Shown here: piece by piece, positions 7,873 through 17,795 of the stretch
Layout: each line of letters begins with the position of its first letter
Position numbering within the stretch: position 1 is the stretch's first letter
Sequence record: MK250021.1
Reading direction: 5' to 3' (one strand)
Length of the DNA stretch: 64,000 nt
The notes under the pieces: model-generated
The model's input: the letters and a program-made list of their open reading frames with translations, nothing else
Database searches by the model: none
Told to the model about the DNA's origin: nothing
Translations under genes and position numbers: made by a program

Positions 7873-7976
7873 GGGAATATCTTCTCGTTGGTATGAGAAC
7901 TCTACGGTAAGTAGAGTGCATTTGCAAACCGGTTGAAATGATCTTGCTTCACAGTGTTCGAATCCTGTTGTTCCCA
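7873..7976 (+). ncRNA. Atypical tRNA-like RNA with extra arms
   Basis: GGGAATA/TGTTCCC, TTCTC/GAGAA, CTCTAC/GTAGAG, T loop TTCGAAT with bulged stem; anticodon not assignable. Confidence 0.45.
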
Positions 7977-8076
7977 CAAATATTTTGAAAATATTTTTGA
8001 TAAATATATAGACTTTACTATAAAGATTACATATAATAATTATGAATTGAAAATAATTAAGATACGCAAATTAACT

Positions 8077-8148
8077 GGTGGGTTCGTATAGCGGTTAGTA
8101 CTAGAGATTTTCATTCTCTAAACAGGAGTTCGACTCTCCTACCCACTA
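8077..8148 (+). tRNA. tRNA-Glu(TTC)
   Basis: GGTGGGT/ACCCACT, AGAGA-TTTTCAT-TCTCT. Confidence 0.9.
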
Positions 8149-8160
8149 CTAATCAATAAT

Positions 8161-9156
8161 ATGAAATAGAATTTAGAATTTTTATCAGATGACGAATTAA
8201 TATAGGAATATAGAAATTGTAATTATTCTTTAAAAGCAGTTGATAAGAAATATAATAAATCTGGAAATACTTTATTACGATTATTTAGAAAACGTAATAT
8301 AGATTATAATAAGATAAAGAATGATTATTTATTACAATAGAAACAATTTGAAGAAAGTAAAGTTTTATATTGTGAGAATTGTGGTAAAGTAATAGATGGT
8401 TATTATGGTTCTGGAAGATTTTGTAATAGATATTGTGCAACTGCATATGGCAATTCACATAGAGCAAAAAGAACAGAAGAATCAAAAAAGAAAACATCTA
8501 TTAGTGTAAAAAATTCTATTAAATGTTAGATAGCTGCTGAACGTTCAAGAAAAATATATTAGTGCAAATATTGTAATAAAGATTTTTCTGTGTTTGATAT
8601 ACGCAATATTAGAGGAAGAACATATTGTTCAAAAGAATGTAAACACAAATATTTATCTGCACATACTGGTGGTTATCGAGAAGGTTCTGGAAGAGGCAAA
8701 CAAGGATGGTATAAAGGAATTCATTGTGATAGTTCATGGGAATTAGCATTTCTTGTTTATTATAAAGATCATAATTTAAATATAGAACGTTGTAAAGAAA
8801 AAAGGTCTTATATTTGGAATAATGAAGTTCATTCATATTATCCTGATTTTATAACAGATGACGGGATAATAGAAATAAAAGGATATTCTACAGATTAGTG
8901 GAAATTAAAAGAAAACTAGAATCCGGATGTAAAAGTTTTATATAAAGATGATATAAAACCATATTTAGATTATGTAATAAATACATATGGTACTGATTTT
9001 ATTAAATTATATGATGGTTATAATCCAAAATTAGATTTGAAAAATTATACTTATGTATGGGTTCATAATGAAAAAGAGAATCATATGATTAGAACAGAAT
9101 TATATGATGAATATATAAATAATGGTTATATAAGAGGAAGAAAAACTTTTAAATAA
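8161..9156 (+). CDS. Free-standing PD-(D/E)xK (TnsA-N-like) homing endonuclease with Zn-finger repeats (331 aa; 7 TAG=Gln)
   Basis: CENCGK..GSGRFC, CKYC..YCSKEC, CDSSWELAF, YYPDF..IIEIKGY; frame open to TAA 9156 under code 15. Confidence 0.8.
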
Positions 9157-9233
9157 AAAATAGTTAAAAATAAACAAGATTTTAAATTTACGTTATTAAA
9201 TTAAAAAGTTTCTTTATGAAATTAATTTTAAAT

Positions 9234-9314
9234 ACTCCTATAGGCGAATTGGTCTAGCCACTAGATTAAGGATCTAGGTTTAATTACGTCTCGGTTCGAG
9301 TCCGAGTAGGAGTA
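9234..9314 (+). tRNA. tRNA-Leu(AAG)
   Basis: ACTCCTA/TAGGAGT, A73, GGC/GCC D stem, CTAGA-TTAAGGA-TCTAG, extended variable arm. Confidence 0.85.
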
Positions 9315-9395
9315 CAATAATAATATAAAATATTTTCTTATTTTATTATCAATTTCAAAAATAAATTAGATAAATAATAAGTTGAAATAATTTAT

Positions 9396-9468
9396 GCTGG
9401 ATTAGCACAGTTGGTAGTGCGACGCACTTGTAATGCGTAGGTCGTTGGTTCGAATCCGACATTCAGCT
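9396..9468 (+). tRNA. tRNA-Thr(TGT)
   Basis: GCTGGAT/ATTCAGC, ACGCA-CTTGTAA-TGCGT. Confidence 0.92.
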
Positions 9469-9566
9469 CAACATAACTTAATAATGTTTTTATATTGCTG
9501 AATAATTTGTTAGCAGTGAATAAGGCATTTAGGTTATATCTGAAAAGATATGATTTAGAGTAATCA

Positions 9567-9775
9567 ATATTAAGAAGCATAAAGTTGAATTAGCCACAGT
9601 TGGCCAACTGTGAGTGACGTAAGAAAGGTCAAATCGTTTTAATGGAATGATGCTTGTAGCCTTTGAAGGTAATCAATCCTTCCTACATAAGAAGTTAGCG
9701 TCATGAACTAACTTGTAGTGACTGAATAATGTGCTTAATATGTAATGAGGTTTGATGGTAGTCAGGAATCCATCT
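9567..9775 (+). ncRNA. Putative multi-hairpin ncRNA
   Basis: ATATTAAG/CTTAATAT closing pair; perfect 18-nt palindrome CACAGTTGGCCAACTGTG (9595-9612); GAAGG/CCTTC, AAGTTAG/CTAACTT, GATGG/CCATC. Confidence 0.4.
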
Positions 9776-9809
9776 ATGAATTCATTATTATTTTTATGTT
9801 TTTATATAT

Positions 9810-9883
9810 CGCGCCTTGGAGCAGTTGGTAGCTCGCCAGGCTCATAACCTGGAGGTCCCTGATTCAAGTTCAGGAGTGCGCAA
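9810..9883 (+). tRNA. tRNA-Met(CAT), initiator-like (C1xA72) with a bulged acceptor stem
   Basis: CCAGG-CTCATAA-CCTGG, fMet-type D arm GAGC-AGTTGGTA-GCTC. Confidence 0.8.
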
Positions 9884-10005
9884 CTAGTATGATGCATTTA
9901 TTTTATGAATATAGATAACTGTTCGCGATTGTGTATCTATAAAGTAATATTATAAATGAGGAAATATGAATGACAGTGATAATAATTGTACAATAAAACA
10001 CTGCA

Positions 10006-10075
10006 TCCTGTTTGTTGTAACGAAAGCATTTTCTCTTGAAAAGTGAAGGTTACGGTTTAATTCCGTAGACAGGAA
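10006..10075 (+). tRNA. Degenerate tRNA, probably Lys(CTT)
   Basis: TCCTGTT/GACAGGA, TACGG-TTTAATT-CCGTA, loop CTCTTGA; weak D arm. Confidence 0.5.
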
Positions 10076-10216
10076 CAAATTTTAATAGTCTATATTTAAT
10101 TATATAGAATCGTAACTACAAGAACATTAAATATTTTTAGTGGAAAGTCTTGGAGACCATCGTATTGGTACTGAGTTATAAGGTTCTCACAGAGTATAAA
10201 CCTTAATTTTTTGTTT

Positions 10217-10302
10217 GGAAAGGAAATTGCGACGGCTCGCAAGCTTGTCTTGAAAACAAGTCGTACAGTGAAATGTATGGGGATCGACACCTCTCCTTTC
10301 CG
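10217..10302 (+). tRNA. tRNA-Ser(TGA)
   Basis: GGAAAGG/CCTTTCC, G73, CTTGT-CTTGAAA-ACAAG, long variable arm. Confidence 0.85.
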
Positions 10303-10396
10303 CATTTTGTTTTACATATTTAAAAGCATTATATATATTATAAATATATAATGCTTTTAATTTTTATATAAATATTGAAATTTATTTTATTCACTT

Positions 10397-11389
10397 ATGA
10401 ACAAATATATAAAGCAATTAGTTGAATATTATTTTCATAACGAAAAAGAATTATATGAAAACAATTATAGAAAATTTAGAGAGAATTTTAATTGGTCTTA
10501 TGAAAGACGATTATTATATCAATATAATAATGATGTAGATTTTGATAATATAGTAAATGAAGAATATCATATAAGTGATGTTTTTGATGATGTTATAGAT
10601 GTTATAGGAAATATTTATAAGGATAATATAGATATAAGTAATGATATAAAAGTATATACAGGATATAATTTTAATATAAAAGATTCTTTATGTAAAAAAC
10701 TAGATAATGAAAATATAAAATATCCTATATATGTTTATATATTAAACGATACAGAATCAACTTCATATTCATATATAAAAAGTGAAGATAAGAATAATAA
10801 TGAAATTGTTATATATTTAAATTCATATATGATATAGGATAATATATAGTTATTACGTGATTCATGTAAACATGAGTTTTTACATATTAGAGAAATGTAT
10901 GCATTAGAAGATAAAGATGTTTTATAGTCTAATAAAAATAAATTACCTGATGATGAAAAAAATCCTTTTATCTGGGATAATCCAAATTATTTTGATAAAA
11001 GTTTAAGATTATGTTATATATTTAATAAGTCTGAAGAAAGAGCAAGATTAAATGCAGTATATGAACATATTAAATCAGAAGATGAAGATATTGATTCATT
11101 AAATAATATAACGTTATTAAACGAAATGAAATAGTGTATAAACACATTAAGAACTATTTTTATTTCTAATAATTATGGACCTATGGAAATATATAATTAC
11201 TCATGCTATAAATATCATTTGATAAAATATAAGTTAAACAAATATCATTTTGATTATAGACCAAGATTATCTGAATATTCATAGGATGACAAAGATAAAT
11301 TTCAGGCAATGATATTTGAGTTACAAACAAATTATAGAAAATTCAAATAGGATATAAAGAAAATAATTTATAATAAATTTCATAAATAA
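10397..11389 (+). CDS. Hypothetical protein with HExxH zincin-like motif (330 aa; several TAG=Gln)
   Basis: Reads through TAG 10835 into CKHEFLHIREM and stays open to TAA 11389. Confidence 0.7.
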
Positions 11390-11420
11390 TTATGGATAGT
11401 TTTGATAAAGAAATAAAGAT

Positions 11421-12194
11421 ATGAATATAATAGGAAATTATATATATGGTTCAGAAGATTCAACTGATGTAGATATTGCATATATAGTTGATGAATTACC
11501 ATCATTACAAGAATGTAAAAAGTTTTGTTCGGCTGATAAGAATGAAAACAGAAACTTAATAACGATAAATAACGGTATTATAACTAATTGTTATAAAGGA
11601 ACAGTTGATGAATTAAATAATGCGATATTAGATACATATAAGTTACATGAACAAAATACAGAATTACTTATTAATAGAAAGGTTGGTAGAGATATACCAT
11701 TGAAACTTATTAGAGCAATACGTGCAATGTTATCACATCTTTCTAGATCGCAATATAGAAAAGAAATAAAATTAGCATTAAGAAGTAATTGGTATAAGAG
11801 GTTAGACGTATTATTAAGTATTAATTTAGAATATATTGATTTTGATAAATTAAACAATAATATGTCAAGAGAAGATATATTGAAATTATTTGCATTTCAA
11901 ATAGGTCAATGTATGGGACTTATATATGCAAGAAAAGAATTATATACAAAAAATGATGTTATTACATGGATAGGCAGTAATCTCGGTTATTGTCTTGATG
12001 ATTATTTAAAACGAAAATATACAAGTTTAAATATATTAAATTATTTAAAAGATAAATTAATCTACCAGATTCGTTATAATTTTCCAGCAATAGAGTGTGA
12101 TAATAATATAGTAAAATTTTTAAAGGACGGACATAATAAATATTATGATTTAATGCAGGAATGTCAAATAAATATTGAAAATAAAGATATTTAA
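11421..12194 (+). CDS. Putative nucleotidyltransferase (Pol-beta superfamily)
   Basis: N-terminal YIYGSEDSTDVDIAY (GS..DxD) motif. Confidence 0.55.
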   Translation: MNIIGNYIYGSEDSTDVDIAYIVDELPSLQECKKFCSADKNENRNLITINNGIITNCYKGTVDELNNAILDTYKLHEQNTELLINRKVGRDIPLKLIRAIRAMLSHLSRSQYRKEIKLALRSNWYKRLDVLLSINLEYIDFDKLNNNMSREDILKLFAFQIGQCMGLIYARKELYTKNDVITWIGSNLGYCLDDYLKRKYTSLNILNYLKDKLIYQIRYNFPAIECDNNIVKFLKDGHNKYYDLMQECQINIENKDI

Positions 12195-12197
12195 TAT

Positions 12198-12584
12198 ATG
12201 AAGTTGATTTATAACAATATTATTCCTCCACATGGATTTATAGCTATTAATATTTTTGGAAATCTTTTTGTAAGGAAAGAATATGAATATAAATTAAAGA
12301 ATGATAATTATAAGAAAAGAGTATTAAATCATGAATCTATCCATACAGAATAGATGAAAGATTTTGCAAGTTTTTTACCAGAATGTATATAGCAATATAT
12401 AGGAGGAATAATATTTTATATAATATATTTCTTTGAATGGTTATGGAGAGTTTTATTTACAAAACATAGATTTTCACATTAGGCATATAGAAATATAACA
12501 TTTGAATAGGAAGCCTTTGCAAATGAATCAGATTTAGAATATTTAAGTAAACGAAATCATTTTGATTAGTGGAAAATATATTAA
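12198..12584 (+). CDS. Bacteroidetes-type HExxH membrane-associated protein (128 aa; 5 TAG=Gln)
   Basis: MKLIYNNIIPPHGFIAINIFG..NHESIHTE*MK..YFFEW..AYRNITFE*EA; TAG at the usual Q of HExxHxxQ. Confidence 0.8.
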
Positions 12585-12588
12585 TATA

Positions 12589-12620
12589 AAAAGGATGTTA
12601 ATTAAGTTTAACATCCTTTC
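12589..12620 (+). terminator. Rho-independent terminator
   Basis: AAAGGATGTTA/TAACATCCTTT hairpin followed by a T-rich run. Confidence 0.65.
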
Positions 12621-12639
12621 TTTTTTCATATAAACAATG

Positions 12640-12647
12640 TATCTTTG
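12640..12647 (+). promoter_or_regulatory. Bacteroidetes -7 promoter element
   Basis: TATCTTTG about 45 nt upstream of ORF 12693, directly after a terminator. Confidence 0.6.
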
Positions 12648-12692
12648 TAACTGTATAAATGAAGTAATAATTAATTAAAAATTATAATAATT

Positions 12693-13049
12693 ATGGTAGA
12701 TCGTTTAAATCAAGAGTTAGAGCTGGATGACTTGGTACTTATTGCGCATCCAAAAGTTTCAACATTGCTACGTTGCATTGTTACCAAGATCAATGCAAAG
12801 ACAGTCACAGTAGCAGCACTCCCCGAGAATGACAAAGAGAATGAGGCTGCACAATATTGCCAACATAATATGGCTGCTATAGGCGATCACAAGTTTCATG
12901 GAAACTATTTCAGAATAACAAAAGGATTCAATCGTCGTCCTGAGGAAGTTGTGAAGATTGGTCATTATCAAACAGTGCAAGACAATGGCAAAGATGTTCA
13001 TTACTCTATTGTTGAAGTTGGTGATGAAGAACTTTGGCCAACTGATTAA
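12693..13049 (+). CDS. Hypothetical protein
   Basis: 118 aa, TAG-free, A-rich leader. Confidence 0.7.
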   Translation: MVDRLNQELELDDLVLIAHPKVSTLLRCIVTKINAKTVTVAALPENDKENEAAQYCQHNMAAIGDHKFHGNYFRITKGFNRRPEEVVKIGHYQTVQDNGKDVHYSIVEVGDEELWPTD

Positions 13050-13065
13050 TAATTAAATATAAATA

Positions 13066-13317
13066 ATGATTATGCAAAATATAGCAAATGAAATAAAAAA
13101 TAGTAGTATAAAATTTCATAGTAATAAATTAAATGGATTAGTAGATATGGTTATGTCTAATAATTCTAGTAATAAAATAGAATTACTACCAATTAATGAT
13201 AGAGCATTAATTTATACTATGTATTGGTGTACATCTGAACATAGTAATCTATCAAGATATGAATTTGATAGGCTATTAGAAATGTCAAGGAAATTACGTA
13301 ACTATTTAAATGAGTAA
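13066..13317 (+). CDS. Hypothetical protein
   Basis: 83 aa in a tightly packed run. Confidence 0.6.
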   Translation: MIMQNIANEIKNSSIKFHSNKLNGLVDMVMSNNSSNKIELLPINDRALIYTMYWCTSEHSNLSRYEFDRLLEMSRKLRNYLNE

Positions 13318-13630
13318 AATAATGGTAATAAATAATTCAAATATAAATAATTATATTGCGTTTGCAAGTGAGAAAGTATTGAATTATATTAAAGATTTTA
13401 ATTCATACTTTGATGCTGATGAAGTATATGACATTTTAAAAGAGTTATCTGAATATGATGTGAATATTATGAAATTTAATAAATATATCGGATTTCTTGT
13501 ATGTCAAGTGTATAAGGATTTTATTAATAATGAGATGATTATTGAAAAAAACACAGATTTTCAAAATTTCATTATTCCTATCATTATTAATATAAGTGAT
13601 AATATTTTAAAAGATAAGATTGAACTATGA
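13310..13630 (+). CDS. Hypothetical protein
   Basis: 106 aa, overlaps the previous stop. Confidence 0.6.
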   Translation: MSKIMVINNSNINNYIAFASEKVLNYIKDFNSYFDADEVYDILKELSEYDVNIMKFNKYIGFLVCQVYKDFINNEMIIEKNTDFQNFIIPIIINISDNILKDKIEL

Positions 13631-13773
13631 CGGACGAACAATTAAAGAAGATATATGATAAGATTAATGAGTTGGTAGACACTGTTAATAAATTAAAAAG
13701 TATTATTGCAACTCAAGATAATAAGATAAGAATATTAGAGATTAAGTTAAATAATGTAGAAAATATATTGTAA
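13627..13773 (+). CDS. Small coiled-coil hypothetical protein (48 aa)
   Basis: ATGA overlap; MTDEQLKKIYDKINELVDTVNKLK... Confidence 0.55.
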   Translation: MTDEQLKKIYDKINELVDTVNKLKSIIATQDNKIRILEIKLNNVENIL

Positions 13774-14135
13774 TGATAAGTAGTATAATTTTAATGTTAT
13801 GTTTTTATATGTTTATTATTTCATTAACATATCATAGAGATATTCAGGTAATAAACATATTTAATTTTTTTGGACCCATAGAATATACTATAAGATATAT
13901 TGAAGAATTTGACAATGATTCAAAAATATCAAGAAAATACTATAAAATTTATTGGAATTACTTCAGTATTTTGCCATTTTTTCGCAATTTTTTGAGTAAA
14001 ACTGATAATCAGATAGTATATACTGTAAATGATGAAACTGAGTTAATTTCCAACTATTTTGTAACATATGAGTCCGCTAGAAATTTCTTATATAAGACAA
14101 GAGATTTCACTAAATTTATATTAAATGAAGAATGA
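13773..14135 (+). CDS. Hypothetical protein with N-terminal hydrophobic segment
   Basis: 120 aa, coupled TAATG start. Confidence 0.55.
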   Translation: MISSIILMLCFYMFIISLTYHRDIQVINIFNFFGPIEYTIRYIEEFDNDSKISRKYYKIYWNYFSILPFFRNFLSKTDNQIVYTVNDETELISNYFVTYESARNFLYKTRDFTKFILNEE

Positions 14136-14518
14136 AAAATATATTTAAAATAATTAAATTACTTTTCTTTTCAAAGTAGTATGTGATATATGCTGTTGAT
14201 AAAAAGGGAGAACAAGTAAAAGAATAGTCTAGCAATATTAATGAAACGTTTTGTCACCATATATATGATGATGCAAGATAGACTTTAATTAATACTGTTG
14301 GTGAACAAACATATGGTGAAAAATTAGAATCATATGAACCAGATTTATTTAACGCATATAAAGAATCAGATTATCAAATAGCAAAATCTGAATATTTGCA
14401 AGCAGAATTAGATTACTATAAATTAGTGAATAACCCGATGAGTGGTGACGCTAATATATTATTCACAAGTTATTAGCGATTACAATAGCTAAAGAAACAA
14501 TATGAAAATTTTTAGTAA
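14132..14518 (+). CDS. Hypothetical protein (128 aa; 6 TAG=Gln)
   Basis: ATGA-coupled start; open to TAA 14518, which overlaps the next ATG. Confidence 0.7.
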
Positions 14519-14883
14519 TGATAAAGTTTAAACATAAAAAGTATAATAAAACTAATTTTGATACTATTAATGTAAAAACAGCTAAAGAAGTTTGTGATAT
14601 AATAATTAATAAGAAAACACAAGAACTTATTAAGAAATGTCCAAGAACATTTAATTATATTAATAATGCAATAAATGAATCTATACGTTTATATTTTACT
14701 TCATGTATTATTTACAATAATATATTAGATTATAATATAACATTAGATTTAAGCTGTATAAATTTTGATTTTATGAAAAAATCAAGATTTGATGTTATTA
14801 GCGATATATTAGAAGTGTATAGAAATAAAGGATATAAAATAATTCATAATGATAAAGATAAAATAACTATGTATTTTAATTAA
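14518..14883 (+). CDS. Hypothetical protein
   Basis: 121 aa, coupled start. Confidence 0.6.
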   Translation: MIKFKHKKYNKTNFDTINVKTAKEVCDIIINKKTQELIKKCPRTFNYINNAINESIRLYFTSCIIYNNILDYNITLDLSCINFDFMKKSRFDVISDILEVYRNKGYKIIHNDKDKITMYFN

Positions 14884-14930
14884 TATATATAGACTTTATT
14901 AAAATTATATTATATAAATATATAGTTAAT

Positions 14931-15015
14931 GGAGAGTTAACCTAACGGGGTTAGGGACAATCTGCTAAATTGTTCGTCCATGTATGTGGATGTGGGTCGG
15001 GACCACAGCTCTCCG
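14931..15015 (+). tRNA. tRNA-Ser(GCT)
   Basis: GGAGAGT/GCTCTCC, G73, ACAAT-CTGCTAA-ATTGT, long variable arm. Confidence 0.85.
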
Positions 15016-15020
15016 CAAAA

Positions 15021-15430
15021 AATCCACAACAGATTTAAAGATGTAGTGGTCTATAAGTTCGTTCCTTAATGAGAGATTATCACATTATATATGTGCACAA
15101 AAGAAATAATGTGATGGACCATAGTGAATAGATTATCTTAATTTTGGTATCTTCCGCAAGATTCTGATTATTGATAGAAGGTAGTTAAGCTAATTTCATA
15201 TTCATTTCTATTACAGACGAAGAAAGAGGAACATTGTTTACAAGTAATAAAGAGTAACCAAATGTTATTGTTATATTGAAATGATATAATAATAGGTGAA
15301 TGAAACACTTGGCGCCAATATTAATAAAAGTGGTTGTTTATGAAAGTAATGTGTTTGATATAACGATCTGATTAACTCATAAAGTCAAACCGGTATATAT
15401 TAAGTTTATATATAAGATAGTAAGCTTATA
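15021..15430 (+). ncRNA. Putative large ncRNA of about 400 nt between two tRNAs
   Basis: TGGTC/GACCA enclosing ATCACATTA/TAATGTGAT; no credible ORF. Confidence 0.3.
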
Positions 15431-15438
15431 GATTTTAT

Positions 15439-15509
15439 TGGGATATATTGTAATGGTAGCAACAGGGTTTCTGAGTCCCTTAGTACTGGTTCGAATCCGG
15501 TTATCCCAA
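15439..15509 (+). tRNA. tRNA-Gln(CTG)
   Basis: TGGGATA/TATCCCA, loop TTCTGAG, ACTGG-TTCGAAT-CCGGT. Confidence 0.85.
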
Positions 15510-15560
15510 CATATTCGTAATTTTTATTTTTTATTTTTAAAGGATTTATACATAAAGAGA

Positions 15561-15595
15561 AAAGGTTAATAAGATTTATTTCTTATTAACCTTTA
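15561..15595. terminator. Bidirectional terminator
   Basis: AAAGGTTAATAAGA/TCTTATTAACCTTT between convergent units. Confidence 0.7.
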
Positions 15596-15619
15596 TTATT
15601 TTATTTCTTAAAATAAATA

Positions 15620-16243
15620 TTAATCTTCATCATCCCAATAATCATAATATTCATTTGGATCATAATTTAATTCTTTATCTTCCTTAAAATTATCAATCAC
15701 CTTAGAATTTTCAACAAATTCTTTTACTTTTTCTATAATATCTGCATCGTTAATCATTATTTCTTGAGTGCCATCTGTTAACATTAAACCATCAATATTT
15801 ATTTTATCGATTTTACATTCAGTTTCATCTGGATCATCAGGTTGATCATAATCATGTGAACGCATACCTGGTGTATAATCAACCCAACAATCAATGTCTG
15901 CATTAAATGCTAAACTTACGCCATAATCTTCCATTGAACGTGTTAATATTGTTGCTGTTTCATTCTTTGGATCAACATCTGGTATAATATTACACATTAA
16001 ACAATCGTCATCTTGATCATATTGCTCTATATATCCATTATCATTAAGAAGATCCATAATTAATGAATTAATTAATTCTTGTGGAAGTGATTCCATATCA
16101 GAAAGATCAATATCTCCATTTTCATCATAATATTTTGGATCAATATTAGATGATGTTATTATACCTTCATTAAGTGATTTCTTAAGTGCTGAAGCAATAC
16201 CATTTACTAATGATTCATATAATGCTTTATTTTGTTTCTTCAT
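15620..16243 (-). CDS. Acidic hypothetical protein
   Basis: 207 aa, MKKQNKALYESLVNGIASALKKSLNE N-terminus. Confidence 0.75.
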   Translation of the reverse strand: MKKQNKALYESLVNGIASALKKSLNEGIITSSNIDPKYYDENGDIDLSDMESLPQELINSLIMDLLNDNGYIEQYDQDDDCLMCNIIPDVDPKNETATILTRSMEDYGVSLAFNADIDCWVDYTPGMRSHDYDQPDDPDETECKIDKINIDGLMLTDGTQEIMINDADIIEKVKEFVENSKVIDNFKEDKELNYDPNEYYDYWDDED

Positions 16244-16339
16244 AATTTCTATTAAATGCTAAATTATTTTTTATATTTATCATTTTTAAAACTATTTAAA
16301 ATAATTAATCTATAATAATTAAAATAAAAGGTTTGTTTT

Positions 16340-16915
16340 ATGAGTACACGTTGTAATTTACAAATACAAGATAATATAGAAGGAGAACATATATTATATC
16401 GGCACTGTGATGGCATGCCAGATTCTGCAGGTAATGAAATAAAGAATTTCCTTAATGACTATGTAAAGAATACTAATACAACATATAATTATGAAGAAAT
16501 TTCTAAAGGTATTATAGAACAGTTAGGATTTGAAGACGAAGGTAAAGTAGCAAAAGATATAAACTATTTTTATGAAATTGTTGTGCATCCAAATACAATA
16601 TTCTATACATGTTGGCATGTACCTGTATTTGGCAATTATGATATTGATAGTTTGGAGGATTATCCTGATTGTGAAGAACTAGAATGTGAGGAATTCAATA
16701 AGTGTAATATACGAAAAGAAACTATTAATAAATCAACAGATGATATTGTTGATTCTAAAGAACTATTAAAATATGTAGATAGAAGAAATAAATTTCTTGA
16801 TGAACTTTTAGATGAAGTTGAATTAAACGGTGGTATATCAAGAGATAAAATTATGAATATGTTAAAAGTAACATATGATCAGGGGTATAATTATAATAGA
16901 GTAGATAATATTTAA
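16340..16915 (+). CDS. Conserved phage hypothetical protein
   Basis: MSTRCNLQI...LYRHCDGMP, similar to the widespread phage YxHxDGYP family. Confidence 0.7.
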   Translation: MSTRCNLQIQDNIEGEHILYRHCDGMPDSAGNEIKNFLNDYVKNTNTTYNYEEISKGIIEQLGFEDEGKVAKDINYFYEIVVHPNTIFYTCWHVPVFGNYDIDSLEDYPDCEELECEEFNKCNIRKETINKSTDDIVDSKELLKYVDRRNKFLDELLDEVELNGGISRDKIMNMLKVTYDQGYNYNRVDNI

Positions 16916-16927
16916 TTTATAATTGTT

Positions 16928-17107
16928 ATGAAAAAATATTTAGAGATTCATTTGAAATATGAATTACCAGAAGATTATGATATTGATATTATAAATGATG
17001 GTATTGATAATAAAGAAGCATGGTCTTATATATTAGATTTAATGACAGATAATGAAAATAGAGAAAGTAAGGATACATGTAAATATACAACCGTTAAGAT
17101 ATACTAA
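16928..17107 (+). CDS. Small hypothetical protein (59 aa)
   Basis: Fills the gap; stop 2 nt before the next ATG. Confidence 0.55.
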   Translation: MKKYLEIHLKYELPEDYDIDIINDGIDNKEAWSYILDLMTDNENRESKDTCKYTTVKIY

Positions 17108-17109
17108 AT

Positions 17110-17793
17110 ATGAAACATTACGATTCAATAGATAATATAAAATATAATACAGAATTAGTAGGTGAACAGGTATGGGCATTTAATAAATTGGATGGACAAA
17201 ATTTTTGTGCTAAATATTCTGTAAAGAAAAAAGAATTTACAAATTTTGGTTCAAGAAAATGTATGGTAGATGAGACATCAGAACAATTTGGTGATGCTGT
17301 ACGTTATTTTAAATCACATAATTATTCATCTATATTAAGTAATATAGTTGAAAAACATAGGAGAAAGAAAGATATATTTTGTGGTGTTGATGAAATTACG
17401 TTTTTCTTCGAATGGTATGGTGATCATAGTTTTGCAGGATTTCATTCTGAAGAAGATAAAGATAATATGCATCTTGCATTAATTGATGTGTTCATCAAAA
17501 AGAAGGGATATATTGAACCAAAGATATATATGGATCTATTTAGAGATTGTGGAATAGAATTGCCGCAATTAGTTTATACGGGACCATTATCAAATGATTT
17601 TATTAAAGATATTCAAGAAAATGACTGGGCTGAACCAAATTGTAAATTTCCTTATGTAAAGGAAGGTGTTGTAATAAGGAGATCTACTATTTTAAAAGGA
17701 CAACGAATGCCTAAAGTAAAAGTTAAAACAAAATGGTGGTTAACAGAATTGCATAAGAGATATACAGAAGAAGAATGTAAATTATTAGAGTAA
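17110..17793 (+). CDS. ATP-dependent RNA ligase (Rnl2-like adenylyltransferase domain)
   Basis: Motif I KLDGQN, FFEWYG, LIDV, KEGVVIR, VKVKTKW. Confidence 0.8.
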   Translation: MKHYDSIDNIKYNTELVGEQVWAFNKLDGQNFCAKYSVKKKEFTNFGSRKCMVDETSEQFGDAVRYFKSHNYSSILSNIVEKHRRKKDIFCGVDEITFFFEWYGDHSFAGFHSEEDKDNMHLALIDVFIKKKGYIEPKIYMDLFRDCGIELPQLVYTGPLSNDFIKDIQENDWAEPNCKFPYVKEGVVIRRSTILKGQRMPKVKVKTKWWLTELHKRYTEEECKLLE

Positions 17794-17795
17794 TT

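Noticed and set aside
10136-10205. RNase P RNA suggested by GGAAAGTC
   Set aside because: No matching 3' P4 strand, and the interval is too short
9392-10305. Minus-strand ORFs 9392-9580, 10096-10305 and 5981-6175
   Set aside because: They are reverse complements of tRNA genes
10367-10374. T4-like late promoter TATAAATA / ATAAATA upstream of several genes
   Set aside because: Expected often by chance at this AT content; needs enrichment statistics
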